This document shows, one piece after another, positions 12,818 through 25,433 of a DNA stretch of 64,000 nt. Position numbers and translations under genes: made by a program. The stretch is from Bugula neritina (lineage: Eukaryota; Animalia; Bryozoa). The stretch lies in the NCBI GenBank assembly GCA_964035545.1, contig OZ037769.1:11748633-11812632 (forward strand). The letters run 5' to 3'. Numbering within the stretch: the first letter of the stretch is position 1; every line of letters starts with the position of its first letter. The notes under the pieces were generated by a model. The model ran no database searches. It saw only the letters and a program-made list of their open reading frames with translations, and had not been told where the DNA came from.

Positions 12818-15382
12818 ATGCCTCCAGTAGCGAAGGCTCTAATACTCCTGACCCTGTTGGCTGGTATCCTGGTATCAGTCAAACTCCGAAATCGCAAGAG
12901 ATGGTTTGGCAGCAGAAAAAGATGGAGGAATCATCAGGTTGAAAGAATCACCAAGCTCAGCTCAAAAACACAAACTGCAACAGAATTATTCATGGGTAAG
13001 TCTATATAGACACATTTAATTATTGTTTTATACCCCAAAACAGCAGCAGAAGCTTTTTGTGTCAGCGATTATTAATTTTTTCCAGCATTTTAAAGGTTTG
13101 TTTAAAAACATGATGCGCTACAGTAAAAACATGAATTTAGGAATTTGAGATTGCTTATTTGCATCTTTAAATATACATGCTGTATGTTGGGATAGATATT
13201 CTAGTATATATAGCTGTAAATGTCATGTATAAGAAAGCGTTAGATTTTGAAATGAGTTTCGTTACATAATTTCTCTTTTAAAACAGCATAATCTAAGTGA
13301 AATGGTATGCTGCTGATTAGAGAAGAGAAACATAAGTTTTTTTGTAAGCTATGCGTCATAAACTTATGAACCAACTCTGCTGCATTTTATAAATAAAAAA
13401 ATACTACTTTTTAGAACACACTTTACCACAAAAGTTATATTAGAAATCACTTACATACTAAAATAGAATGTTCATGCAAACTAGTTTTAGATTAAAATAG
13501 TTATGTAGCAAGTTATTACTATTAAAATAAATTTGTAGATATAGAAAGGATGCCAGTCTTTGGAATGGTTCGAGAACCCTACACGGGCTGGGTGCCAAGA
13601 AGTTTGCCTTGGGAAAAGACAGCCCTAACATCTGTTAAAAGAGAAGACACAGTTTCAACTCTGGTTTTAAATTCTGGTCCAAGTGAACTTTCGAAGGCCT
13701 TTCCAAAAAACACCACTAGAAATAATCAGAGCTGCTATGGATTTAATGTCATGCTAGAAAACCTGGAATTGGTAAATATGATGGGTGTAAAAGAGAGATT
13801 TGGCAACAGCAACATATTGGAATCTTTCTTTTCATGTGAAGGAAGTAGAAACTTGAATGTCATTACAAAGGTCCAAAATCTTTCCAAGGTTAGAGCAACA
13901 CAAACAATTCAACTGTCTATACAAAGTCTGTCACACGCTTTAGTCATTACCAAGTTAGATATGCTCCCTGACTCAACTATGCTGATAAACTCTGTAACAG
14001 CTGGAGCTTTGCAGTCAATTCTCGAAGGTAACACAATTAGGATTCTTCCAGCCACTGGCATGTTCAATAGAGGAAATTCCTTCAGAAAGAAAGCTTCTCT
14101 AACCTACACGTCCTCAATCACATTTGAACTTTCAGAGCCTATCATTGAATTAAACATAATGAGAATACTGGATTTAGAGAGAAAACCAGAATCTAACATA
14201 GTAGCTTGCAAATCATCGAACCAAATGGCTGTTAGCATGAAAAGAATTTCAAACGCTAAACCTGCAAATTTATTTAGCCTTCCCTCATTGAATGCAAAAC
14301 TTTGTGAGCCGACACCAAGGTCCAGAAGTAAGCAAACTGACTTTCACAGCAAAGTGAAAGCGATGGTTACAAAGAAAGCTGAGACAAACCATAAGCCTAT
14401 TGCAAAACTACTACCATTAGAGAAAACATTGACCCACTTTACCAGTGCTTGTGCCAACATCCCAGCTAAACTGAAATCAAGAGCTATTAAGACTCTTCAA
14501 AGGAAAGCCTCTACCTCTAAACCATCTTCTTCATGCAACAAAATGCTTGCTAATACAGCATTCATCAAAAGTAAATCCTACCAAAATGATTCTAGTAAAC
14601 CAGCAAACAAAAAGCAATCTATCAAAAAAGAAAAGGAAAAGGTTGTGGAAAAACTACCTGAAGGCAAACTTGACAAACAGGATAAAATAGAATTTTCACC
14701 ACTCATTAAAAAGCAACCAAACAAAACACAGCTTGCCGTAGGCCCACAGCCCCACCAGTCAATTGCTGCTGAATCCCAGAAACCAGATATACCAACTGCA
14801 TACAACTGGCCTACAGATTCTGGAGATATGCCATCAGTGTCTTTTCCAAAATCTGATTTGTCTACAAACATGTCCAAGGCACTGGCAATTGGCCAAAGCA
14901 TTAATGATGTTGATGATGCAGCTAAGCGATCAGGAAGAGATTTACCAGATTCAGGGTCCTCACCAAAAGGTTCCTCAAACTCCATGGATCAGAATTCAAG
15001 TCAGTTCAAGAAGCCAGTTAACAATCCCAAGCAGAAAGATCAATTTTTCTCTACTATCGAAAGCAGAGTTAGTTTCTTTGAAAAATTGATGGGCAGTAGA
15101 AGACCTGTTTGTAGGAAATCTCGATCCAAGAATCAGTCAGCAAAGGAAGAACTAAATGAACTAGCATGCGTTCAGACTGAAAACTCTGCCGATTCTCAAA
15201 AGGAAACCTTGCCAAACTCTACTGAAAGAGATGAACCAGTTACTCAATCAGCAGCCAATGAAAAGACTCCTAACAACACTAATTCAAATGATTTCGAGAT
15301 ACTGGGGACTCCAGACTCGTATCTAGCTGGCAATCAGAAGGAGGTGGGCGCTGCTAGTTCTACGGATAGACTCTCAATCTAA
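12818..15382 (+). CDS. Orphan ~673-aa protein, join(12818..12995,13539..15382): N-terminal hydrophobic/TM segment, basic patch, long S/K/N/Q-rich low-complexity tail
   Basis: GTAAGT donor at 12996 and TTGTAG acceptor ending at 13538 join in frame (phase 1, G|AT = Asp) into the 610-aa ORF. No recognisable domain. Further upstream exons are possible. Confidence 0.65.
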
Positions 15383-15834
15383 TCACACATTGGACACACG
15401 TAAGTTGGCTTTAGACATCAAATTATATTGTATATTCTAAATGATTCAATTGTAAGCTAGAAGAGAATTATCATAAAGTGAAAGTTACTGTAAAAATTAA
15501 TTATATGGGTTAAAAATTGGCATCGAAGTTACTGAACATTTTGCTAAAGTTAATTCGCTACTATCTTTGCTATGGTGGGATAACCATGAAAAACTTTCAA
15601 TATTTTCATGCATTTATATAACACTGCAATGCCTTAGAATAGCCTGTATTACAATATTATGCTTATACATGTAAGCACATATCTGTTAAATGTCAAAAGT
15701 ATAAGTAATATATTATTACTCTAGTATAATAAATGCTGGATTGATAAAAATGATAATGAACATAACATACATGTTGCTAGCAATAATATATCCTTGTATA
15801 TTATAATAATTATGTAATATGTAGTATATAAAAA

Positions 15835-15990
15835 ATAATATATAATATATAATATAATATAATATATAATGTAATATATAATATAATATAATATATATTC
15901 TGTAATATATAATATAATATAATATATATTCTGTAATATATAATATAATATAATATATGTTCTGTAATATATAATATATAATACATAATA
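15835..15990. repeat. AT-rich (AATAT)n minisatellite with ~30-bp higher-order unit
   Basis: Repeated ...ttctgtaatatataatataatataatata... units. Confidence 0.8.
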
Positions 15991-16434
15991 TAGCCTTATA
16001 TATTATGATGCTTTATTGGATTGTTTGTAGGAATACTTATTGAGAAAAGGTAAATTTATAGATAAAGTAACTCCAAATACTTAAGATGAGAAAAGCAGTC
16101 ATACATACTCTAGTGTGAGCTTCACATTTACTTGCTTTCTCTTCTTGCTTTTAAGCATTTGCTTCTATTCTCTTTACAAAGAGATCTAAAGAACAGGGTG
16201 GACATGTTGTAATATTTACACAGTTTATGTAAACTTGGAGTTACCTTTTCTTGATGTTTTAGCTGATCAATTATTATTCTGTTTTTGAAAAAGATAGTCA
16301 CTTCCTGTTTGACAAACTGCAGTGCTTGATTAAAATAAACTGAAGATTAAAACTAATCCACTAATAATTGCTAGATAAATAGACATCTAAAGAATAAAAC
16401 ATGGTGGCAGCGTAATTAATGATTAGTTTAAAAG

Positions 16435-17499
16435 ATGGAAGGCATTTCACCACCTGGACAATTGAATTTAAGGGCAGAAGATTTGTCAGGAGAATGGCGG
16501 CGTTGGATTAGGTCATTTGAGGATTATTTGCTAGCAATAGACCTAACTGCTAACTCAAGAGCCGCAGAAAAAAGGAAATTAGCCTTATTCAGACATTGTG
16601 GTGGTGAAGATGTACGTGAAATTTATTCTCAAATGGAATTTAATCTAGAGGTTAGTGGAGAAATTACTGAAATTGAGGAAGGGGTTGCTGGGAGAAAGCT
16701 AGAAGATGTAATTAAGTGTTTTCATGAGTACTGTAATCCTCGCACTAGTATTGTGCTGAATAGATTTCAATTTCACAACAGTAGCCAAAGTGGAGATACA
16801 ATAGATGTATACTTAATGAAACTGCGAAGGCTGGCGGAAGGCTGTGAATTTGGTAATCAAAGAGATTCATTGATAAGAGATAAACTGCTTTTTGGAATTG
16901 ATGATTCTAATGAAAGAGAAAAATTAATGAAAGAGGTTGATGAAAAACTAAGTTTAGACTTTGTGATTAAGTCACTGAGAGTAGCTGAGAAATCTACAAG
17001 GCCTAAAGCGATAACGCTACCAGACCCCAAACCCGAAGAAGTCAATGCAGTACAAAATGTTGATAATAGGAAGTCCAGAATTCCTTCTGAGGTTACTTAT
17101 GATAAACATTCAAAAAACCGATGTGAGCAATGTGGGAAAAGCCATTACAAAAGTCAGAGATGTCCAGCTTATGGAACTAAATGTGCGAAATGCAATCAAT
17201 TCAACCACTGGGCCAGAGTGTGTAGGAATTTGAATAAAGTCAATGAAGTACAGCCAGAAAAGGGTGACACAGATTTTTATTTAGGAGAGACACATCAGAT
17301 TAACTCCATAGATTCTCAATCCTGGTACACCAATCTCAGAGTAAGCACCAACAAACACAAAGGACAAAGGATCAAATTTAAATTAGATACTGGTGCGTCT
17401 CTTAGTGTATGTGGTCCACATCATGTCTCAGGGGAGCTAATCTCAACTAGCAAAAAATTGTTTGACAGCAAAATTTGTTTGACAAACTGCAGTGCTTGA
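16435..17499 (+). CDS. gag: Gag with double Cys/His knuckle plus truncated aspartic protease
   Basis: CEQCGKSH...CPA...CAKCNQFNHWARVC knuckles and the FKLDTGAS protease motif. The ORF runs into the internal LTR fragment and stops. Confidence 0.9.
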   Translation: MEGISPPGQLNLRAEDLSGEWRRWIRSFEDYLLAIDLTANSRAAEKRKLALFRHCGGEDVREIYSQMEFNLEVSGEITEIEEGVAGRKLEDVIKCFHEYCNPRTSIVLNRFQFHNSSQSGDTIDVYLMKLRRLAEGCEFGNQRDSLIRDKLLFGIDDSNEREKLMKEVDEKLSLDFVIKSLRVAEKSTRPKAITLPDPKPEEVNAVQNVDNRKSRIPSEVTYDKHSKNRCEQCGKSHYKSQRCPAYGTKCAKCNQFNHWARVCRNLNKVNEVQPEKGDTDFYLGETHQINSIDSQSWYTNLRVSTNKHKGQRIKFKLDTGASLSVCGPHHVSGELISTSKKLFDSKICLTNCSA

Positions 17500-17571
17500 T
17501 TAAAATAAACTGAAGATTAAAACTAATCCACTAATAATTGCTAGATAAATAGACATCTAAAGAATAAAACA
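17476..17571 (+). repeat. Internal 96-bp copy of the 3' half of the element's own LTR (approx. R-U5)
   Basis: Matches 16306-16401 and the corresponding part of the 3' LTR. Confidence 0.95.
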
Positions 17572-19895
17572 TGGTGGCAGCGGTGGGATCCGAACCCACG
17601 CCTCCGAAGAGACAATTAGCTCAATTAGGACAAGGACAAATTTTTTCCAAGATTGATGCAAACAGTGGATTTTGGCAAATTCCTTTAAGCAAAGAATCTA
17701 GCAAACTAACAACATTTCTGACTCATTCTGGACGATATCGCTATTTGCGACTGCCTCAAGGCCTATGCAGTGCTCCAGAGATTTTTGTTGCTGAAATGAA
17801 CAATATTTTGAAGGATGTTGATGGTGTGGTTATACATATGGATGACATACTGGTTTTTGGTGAGAGCAAGGAGCAACATGACACAAGATTGCAAATAGTG
17901 TTGGAAAAACTTAAAGCTTCAGGCATTACGCTCAACAAAGACAAATGTAAATTTGGAGTACCATCTGTTAATTTTCTTGGTTATGTCATAGATCAGTCTG
18001 GTATACATGTTGGCCCTCGAGTTCAAGGAATAGTAGATTTTCCTACTCCGAAAAATGTAACTTCAGTACGAAGTTTTCTTGGAATGGCCAACCAGTATGC
18101 CAAGTTTTCTGAGGAATTAGCTGCTGTGAGTGAACCAATTAGAATGCTGTTGAAGAAAGATGTTCCATGGCACTGGTCCAGCAAACAAAAAAACTCCTTC
18201 AAGAGGATAAAAGAAATATTTCAAAATGCACCAGTTCTAGCAGTCTATGATGTAGACAAAGACACCATAATCACAACAGATGCTAGCAATGCAGGTCTAG
18301 GAGCAACACTCTGTCAAATTCAACAGGATGGCTCTCGGCGCTTGATATCTGCTGCAAGTCGTTCTTTAACAGAGACCGAAAAGCGTTATGCAGCCATAGA
18401 AAAAGAAAGTTTAGCAGTCTGTTGGGCTATGGAAAAGTTTTCTCCATATATACTAGGTATGAAGAATGTGGTTATTGAAACTGATCACCGTCCACTAGTT
18501 ACTTTGTTTGGGAATATCTTTCTAGACAGGCTTCCACCAAGAATTCAAGGGTTTAAACTTAGACTTCAAAGATTTCAGTATACCATCAGACATGTGAGGG
18601 GGTCTAAGAATGTTGCAGCTGATGCTCTCTCCAGGTATAACACTGCTGAAGCAAACGAGATTGATGCAGCAAGAGAAATGGAAATTGAACTTTATATTGA
18701 TAACATCTACCAACATGGATCTGATAGCAGGTTGGAGCAGCTTCGTTTAGAACAGCATAAAGATGAAATACTGTCAAACGTAATCAAATTAGTAGAAAAT
18801 GGATGGCCAGGGTATTTGTCCACTGAAGATGTCCTTCTGAAGCCCTATTTTGAAAGAAGATCTCTATTAACAATAAACAAAGGATTCTTGACACTTGGCA
18901 ATCGTTTGGTAATACCGTTAGCTCAAAGAGAACAGGTGTTGCAAGATTTACATAGAGGACACTTGGGCATTACAAAATGTCAAGCACGGGCTAGAGATAG
19001 CGTGTGGTGGCCTTCTATGTCAAAGGCTATTGAGGCTATGATCAGCAATTGTGCTGAATGCAAAATCCATGCAGCTAAAATTACAGAGCCATTACGTCCT
19101 TCTGCAACTCCAGATAGACCTTGGCAACACCTTAGCACTGATTTGTTGACTTATAAAGGCCAAGTATATCTTCTGGTTATTGATAATTATTCAAGGTATC
19201 CTGAACTTGCCTTGCTGGGAAACTCTGACTTTTCTTCAAGTAAAGTAATAACACACCTAAAATCTATTTTTTCACGACATGGCATACCTGAAATACTATT
19301 GTCAGATAACGGCCCGCAATATGCAAGTGCAGAATTTAAACACTTTTCTGTCGAGTATGGATTTACCCATGTGACTAGCAGTCCACATTATCACAGAGCA
19401 AATGGAGCAGCTGAGCGAGGAGTAAGGACCATCAAAAGCATGCTTGCAAAAGAGAAAGATCCTTATTTGGCTTTGTTAGCCTATAGATCCTCACCGCAGT
19501 TTAGCTCATACTCTCCAGCAGAATTGTTAATGGGTAGAAAATTGAGATCCACTGTACCCATCCATCCGGATAAGCTTAAACCTGAACTCCCTGACCATGA
19601 CTTATTCAAAAGGAGCAACGATCAGTATAAAGAGAAAATGAAAGAAAATCATGACAAAAATCCTAAAGTGCGCCCTCTTTTGCCAGTAAATAAAGGAGAC
19701 AATGTGATGGTGAGAGATATGCAAAGAGAAGGCTATGCTGCCTCTTCTTCAGACAATATTACTCGTCGAACAAATGTCATGACTGACACTGGACCTTTAA
19801 TACGTAACAGAGCTGATATAACTAATATCCCAACACGATGTTCTGAGCGAACCAGAAAAGTGCCACGCTACTTAACAGATTTTGATTGTACATAA
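17571..19895 (+). CDS. pol: N-terminally truncated Pol (RT-RNase H-integrase), open 774 aa, starting at an ATG formed by the LTR/tRNA junction
   Basis: SKIDANSGFWQI, LPQGL and HMDD (RT); TTDAS...TDHRPL...ADALSR (RNase H); HxGH...CAEC and D,D(SDNGPQY),E (integrase). Confidence 0.9.
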   Translation: MVAAVGSEPTPPKRQLAQLGQGQIFSKIDANSGFWQIPLSKESSKLTTFLTHSGRYRYLRLPQGLCSAPEIFVAEMNNILKDVDGVVIHMDDILVFGESKEQHDTRLQIVLEKLKASGITLNKDKCKFGVPSVNFLGYVIDQSGIHVGPRVQGIVDFPTPKNVTSVRSFLGMANQYAKFSEELAAVSEPIRMLLKKDVPWHWSSKQKNSFKRIKEIFQNAPVLAVYDVDKDTIITTDASNAGLGATLCQIQQDGSRRLISAASRSLTETEKRYAAIEKESLAVCWAMEKFSPYILGMKNVVIETDHRPLVTLFGNIFLDRLPPRIQGFKLRLQRFQYTIRHVRGSKNVAADALSRYNTAEANEIDAAREMEIELYIDNIYQHGSDSRLEQLRLEQHKDEILSNVIKLVENGWPGYLSTEDVLLKPYFERRSLLTINKGFLTLGNRLVIPLAQREQVLQDLHRGHLGITKCQARARDSVWWPSMSKAIEAMISNCAECKIHAAKITEPLRPSATPDRPWQHLSTDLLTYKGQVYLLVIDNYSRYPELALLGNSDFSSSKVITHLKSIFSRHGIPEILLSDNGPQYASAEFKHFSVEYGFTHVTSSPHYHRANGAAERGVRTIKSMLAKEKDPYLALLAYRSSPQFSSYSPAELLMGRKLRSTVPIHPDKLKPELPDHDLFKRSNDQYKEKMKENHDKNPKVRPLLPVNKGDNVMVRDMQREGYAASSSDNITRRTNVMTDTGPLIRNRADITNIPTRCSERTRKVPRYLTDFDCT
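17572..17613 (-). other. 42-nt reverse-transcribed copy of the 3' half of mature tRNA-Leu (CCA, acceptor strand, T arm, long variable arm)
   Basis: The minus strand reads GTCTCTTCGGAGGCGTGGGTTCGGATCCCACCGCTGCCACCA, i.e. a eukaryotic tRNA-Leu 3' half plus CCA, with G in place of the invariant A58 (plus-strand C at 17590). Confidence 0.9.
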
Positions 19896-20664
19896 TTTAT
19901 TATCCACGCCTGTAATATAAGTTGCACTTGATTTAATTACTGTTGTCAAACCTTTTCTTTTGTGTGTTTTTTTTTGGTTGTTGTAGCCTGAAACTAAAGA
20001 GGGGATGTTGTAATATTTACACAGTTTATGTAAACTTGGAGTTACCTTTTCTTGATGTTTTAGCTGATCAATTATTATTCTGTTTTTGAAAAAGATAGTC
20101 ACTTCCTGTTTGACAAACTGCAGTGCTTGATTAAAATAAACTGAAGATTAAAACTAATCCACTAATAATTGCTAGATAAATAGACATCTAAAGAATAAAA
20201 CAGACACAGTTATTCATATATGAAATAAATTCTTAGAAAGGCAACACTTCAGTTACTAGTATTTCTAAAACATCTCAACATGCTGTATGGTTATTGTCCA
20301 AATGTGTCGACCATATGTAGCATGTCATATAGCTTTATTGAAGTAGCTCTTTGATCAAATAATATAATATTATTATAATGTGGTTAAAGCTAAATGCTAA
20401 ATTTTCTGTTATTACAAGAATATTGTAAAAATATATCTATTGAATATAAATTCTATTTTATTATTGTTTGATATGATTAACTGAATTTTATTAGGAAAAG
20501 AGATTAATACACAAGAAAATACATGCAGTTTCTATTGCTTGATCACATATATACAGTAGACCATTACTATATGCATATTAAGTACTATTTTTTTTAAAAC
20601 ATAGTCAATAAATTCCTCATTTGAATATCACACCCACAAAAATGAGTGCAACTCTAACGGCATT

Positions 20665-20712
20665 ACACAAACACACACACGCACACACGCACACACGCAC
20701 ACACGCACACAC

Positions 20713-20752
<40 letters not shown>

Positions 20753-20766
20753 ACAAACACACACAA
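20665..20766. repeat. (CA)n/(CACG)n microsatellite
   Basis: Direct reading of the sequence. Confidence 0.9.
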
Positions 20767-21949
20767 ATGATAGTTTGCAGCTGAAGTTATTTATTATCCG
20801 TGTTGGGGTGTGTTGAATAACTTTCTTACATTTACTTTCATTTGAGGCATTCACTAAATTACATAAAAACAGGGTATTACATTTCAGTGATAAAATAAAC
20901 GTTGACACACTGCAATGTATAATATTTATAATGTTAGTATCAATATACAGTCCGCCTATAACTGAAAATTTGAGAATTAAAATTTCAATGCATCTATTAT
21001 ATAATAATGCAATCTAATTATACTATCTGAATTCGAATTTATTAAAATTATGCCCAAATATGGGTAAACCTTACTTTCAACAATCAAGCTGTTTGCGAAA
21101 TGTCATCAATTTTACACTTGATTTCTGAACTAGCCACAAGCAAAGTCAAAATGTCTCTTTGTATTACTCTGCTATTAGCTGTGCAGAAGTTTCTGTCTAC
21201 ATTTTTATTTTTTGTAAATGTTATTGTCTTGACTTGTACCTTGTATTTGGAGTTGGATTTCAACTTTGGTGTTTTCCAGAGCTCTGGCAAACTTAATGTA
21301 AGCTGTATTTATTCGAAGATCTCCTTTTTCTTAGAAATATAAAACATTTAATACTAAATTTAGCTGTGCAGAGATAGTATCTGGCATGTTATACTATAGT
21401 AAATTTTTATACCATGACGATTATATTTGTGAGTGAATTCAAATTGAAACACTCTTCATGCATTGCGTTATGCAGCTCTCAACTCCATGTCAAGGGGAGA
21501 CTATAATCATGATTATCAAATAATTTGCAGGCCTTTATTTTGCCTTTGAATATAGAGTGTAAGCTATTGAGTATGTTTATGTATTTACATACAGTTACAT
21601 GTACTCAATAAACTGCATTGTAATATAAATATTCTCACCTATCTTCGCTTTGTCCTGTTGACAAAATGAAAAGCAAATAATGTTGCATGCATGGCTAGCT
21701 GTTGTCCAATATAATATAACATAATGAATAATATTTCATATCGTCATGCTAGCATGCAGAAAGTAAGTTCAGTAAAATTTAGTATGTTAAAATCTCTCAA
21801 GTATTTCAAAATTAGTAACCATGCTAAATGTTTTAATATCTATTCTTTGCTATAATTTTGTTAAATGGACAGACGACAATTTTAGTATACAGAACATCTT
21901 GCAGGGTCTATAACATCAACTTTCATCTCCTCCCATGCACCTGAAACTC

Positions 21950-23680
21950 CTCTCCTACTGCAACCTTTCCGCAACCATTTTAAGATCTTCTTCATGCGCA
22001 TCTCTATAACCTGCATTACTGGTCAACCCTTAAAATACTTCTTATAGTTTTAGTTTAGCAAACAATTTTTTCAGCTATAAACTTAAGTAGCAATAAAAAT
22101 CTATGAAGTTACGCCTTTAATAGTTTGGATGATTGTATTTTTACTCTAATTTGATATCTAACTCTTTTTAAATTTACATGCTTGTTTTTAATTTATTTTG
22201 TGAACTATTCTTGAATTGTTTTGTTAAGTTGAAAAAATAGTCAATGTGTATGTCAAACTGGTTTATTAATTACACGAAGACTTTGAGACACTACTCAACA
22301 AAATTAACTAACAAACTATTTTGTTTAGATAGCAACATGAATTTAAAAATATTATAATGTCTCAATATTCTATTTAAATAATGCTATAGACTACTTCAAT
22401 CAGCAGTAATGTATTCTGTTTTTGTTTTATTTAATCAGCGGTAGTTACTGTAAAATTATAGTCAAAGTTATTGCAGGTTCACACTAGAATCCCCAGTGTC
22501 CATGCAGCTGCTCTCACATGCGTATTGCTAATTACATTCGTACCAAAAGCTATGATGTCATAACTCCAATTACAACAGAATCATAGTCCTACAGTTATAC
22601 CGTTACTGCTGAGTATTTGTATGCATGAAGCCAAAGGAAAGAATGATTACAGGTTTTTTTAAAAAGTTTTGCTTATACAGCGGTGGAACAAAAACATAGG
22701 GTTTGAAATTTTAATTAATAAGTTATGTTAGTTAAGACAACAATGAATATAGAGAAAATGAATAGTTTAGTAATATTATATAAATTTTACTATGAAATAA
22801 GTTGAGAAGTGGTAAAATACACGAGTTATATATACTCAAGAATTTCACTTAATATGTCATAAACATCATTCATTATATAATCAATGGAATGTTACACTGA
22901 AATGCGTTCAGTTACTTGTAAATAGAAAATTAATTAAGCAGAAAGTATAAGACATTAAAATACTTCATCATTGATTTAATGATAGTTATGACTTATATAG
23001 CATGATAAAAACCTGCTTCCAAATGCTGACAGACAGTGACCAGATTAAGATAGAAAGACCTGCACTCTGAACGATGAACACCTGAATATTCTGTACCTTT
23101 CAGATTTGTCTTCATCTATTACATATTACATATTGACTTTGTCATATACGATAGTGCATAAATATCAAGCTAAAGTGTCACATGATTATAAAATTATTTA
23201 GTATTATTACGTTAAATCCAGTTGCATATACTGCATTATTTGTACCTATAGTATTGTGTGCCTTTTCTCGTGATCAATGTAAAATAAAATTAAAAAAGTT
23301 ATTGACAATTTTTATAATCAAGTTTATAAATTATGTCTTATATTTTGACAATAAGTATATTAAAAGTTACAGACAGTGCTTTTTTTACAATAGGCAACAA
23401 AACTAAGTAAGTAACTATAAATCTTGATGCAAATATTATATTACAGCTAGTATGGCAAATATGCTTTATGTTATATAACTTACGAGTAAATTGTCTATTA
23501 ATTCCCCAGTATAGGTATCATAAAGTAGAGCATCACTTATATATGTAAAATCACTATGCAATGCAAAAATCAAATGAAGAAAAGTTTAGAAAATAACAAG
23601 CAGCAAAAAAAAAGAACAAAACAAATGAACAGGAGCTGTGATAAAAGGTTTTTTGAATGATATGAGTGATGTCCTCTGGT
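21950..23680. repeat. Old segmental duplication, copy 2 (partner 1310-3560)
   Basis: Collinear diverged similarity to 1310-3560. Confidence 0.75.
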
Positions 23681-25433
23681 TGTTATATTAACTGTCATTC
23701 CAAATAGCACTTCTCAGACGCTATATCTATTTCTTTTAGTAGTTTAGTTCATGTGCAATTTATTTGAATATTGTTGAATTTTATGTATATTTAAAAAAAA
23801 TAGTTTTAAATTGATTTGCATTAGCTTATTAATTTTATATTTTCTATACTTCTTGTTTTGTAAAAAATATTTCATTAATCAGTATTCTTTAACGGTATTA
23901 TAAATGTCAATTATTGATGTATCACCGCATGCTAACTTTTTTTCTGAAAAACTTCTGAGAAATTGGAATATTATTCCAGATAAATTATTTATCAACTACT
24001 ATTTTATGTTTAGTAAGCAATACAACTGTTGTATATACGTACTAATAGGTATATTACTATAATATATGTTGTACCAAAATCAAAAATAGCCTCTAACTGG
24101 GAAGCGTCCATTTGGGTATCGTTTATATTATAGGACTAGTGCGATACATTGATGCGTATATGAATATATAAATAGTTATAGCAATTTACATAACGTCCAT
24201 TGTTTATTATATTGACCACGTTTCGCCAAGCCTCAGTTATGCAGTATTGCTTACATAAACTTTAAATAAAAAAGTGAGCCACTTATAATATCAATATGTT
24301 TACCCTTTATAGTTACAAGTTTTATATGTGTATGAATAGCTGCCAAATGAAACCATTGTATACTTGGGAATTATCAGAGGTATGAAGATTCTAATTACGT
24401 TGATGGAATTGTGCCTTTTGATGATCAATAATAGAAATCCTATTATTAGCAATTGATTTTTTATCAGTTGATGTCTGCTTGAATTAAATAGTCAATACAT
24501 TGTATATACCGCAATTGATTATTCTGATTATACCTATAACCTATTAACGTGTATGCTAGTCTCATAGAGTGTTAAATTCACAGGGACTGTTGAAGATTAC
24601 AAAGACAGTAGAGTTCTATAGAAGCATAAAATATACACTTCTGTATTGAAAGGGTTATATCAAGTTATAACTTACAATAATTATATTAAACTATAAATAT
24701 TTCATGAGGATATATACTGCACTGCAATCTGTTGAATGTAAGTTGTTTTTAATATAATTATGTAGTATAACCAAGCTATACTGTTATTATGATTTGTGTA
24801 TATTATGTATATAGTAAAAAACCTTGTATACTATATAACAGACATGCTGTTGCATTCACTCATCAACACTTACTATAGCAGTAAGTTGCTCTTATAGTAT
24901 TACTGTTATTTTACAGAACCCATATATCCATAATATTCTTGTGCCATTATGCAATGAAGAAGAGAACTCTAAAGACTTCCCACAAACAAATATTGCATAA
25001 CTGAGCCAAGGTAAGCATAGATATTTTATACTCTACAGTCTTATAAAAATTGCAAGTTTTTTATGATTTGCTAATGTATTCTAACAATTTTAATTAGACT
25101 ATAATTTGACATTGAATTTAATTTCTATAGCTTGCCAATAGTTTTACTTTCAAATTACTTAAAAACCTTGAATTTGTAATTTTTTGTGCAACACCTATTA
25201 TACATTGGAAGAGTATAATAACATATAATATATCTAAGTTAAGGTATAAGATATACATGTATGCATAAAATTCTTTTTAATTGATGGATTGGAAGAGGTA
25301 CTAAAATGCTTATATATACTATATATATACTTATATATAAATATATACTTATATATACATATACTATGACAAGCAACTTAAGTTAATTCTTATTCCAATA
25401 TACTCATGCAGGTACAACACAACATGGCAAATA

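Larger units (their letters stand above)
16205..20202 (+). mobile_element. Ty3/gypsy LTR retrotransposon 1 (Mag-like gag), very recent, internally rearranged
   Basis: Two 197-bp TG...CA LTRs that appear identical (16205-16401, 20006-20202), 4-bp TSD GACA, PBS tggtggcagcg at 16402, PPT aaagagggga at 19996-20005. Confidence 0.95.

Noticed and set aside
17572-17613. A genuine tRNA-Leu gene on the minus strand
   Set aside because: Only the 3' half is present, it includes encoded CCA, and it is fused to an LTR end.
21060-23130. Possible minus-strand exons in the old duplicated segment
   Set aside because: Some splice-like signals, but no consistent open frame or recognisable protein.
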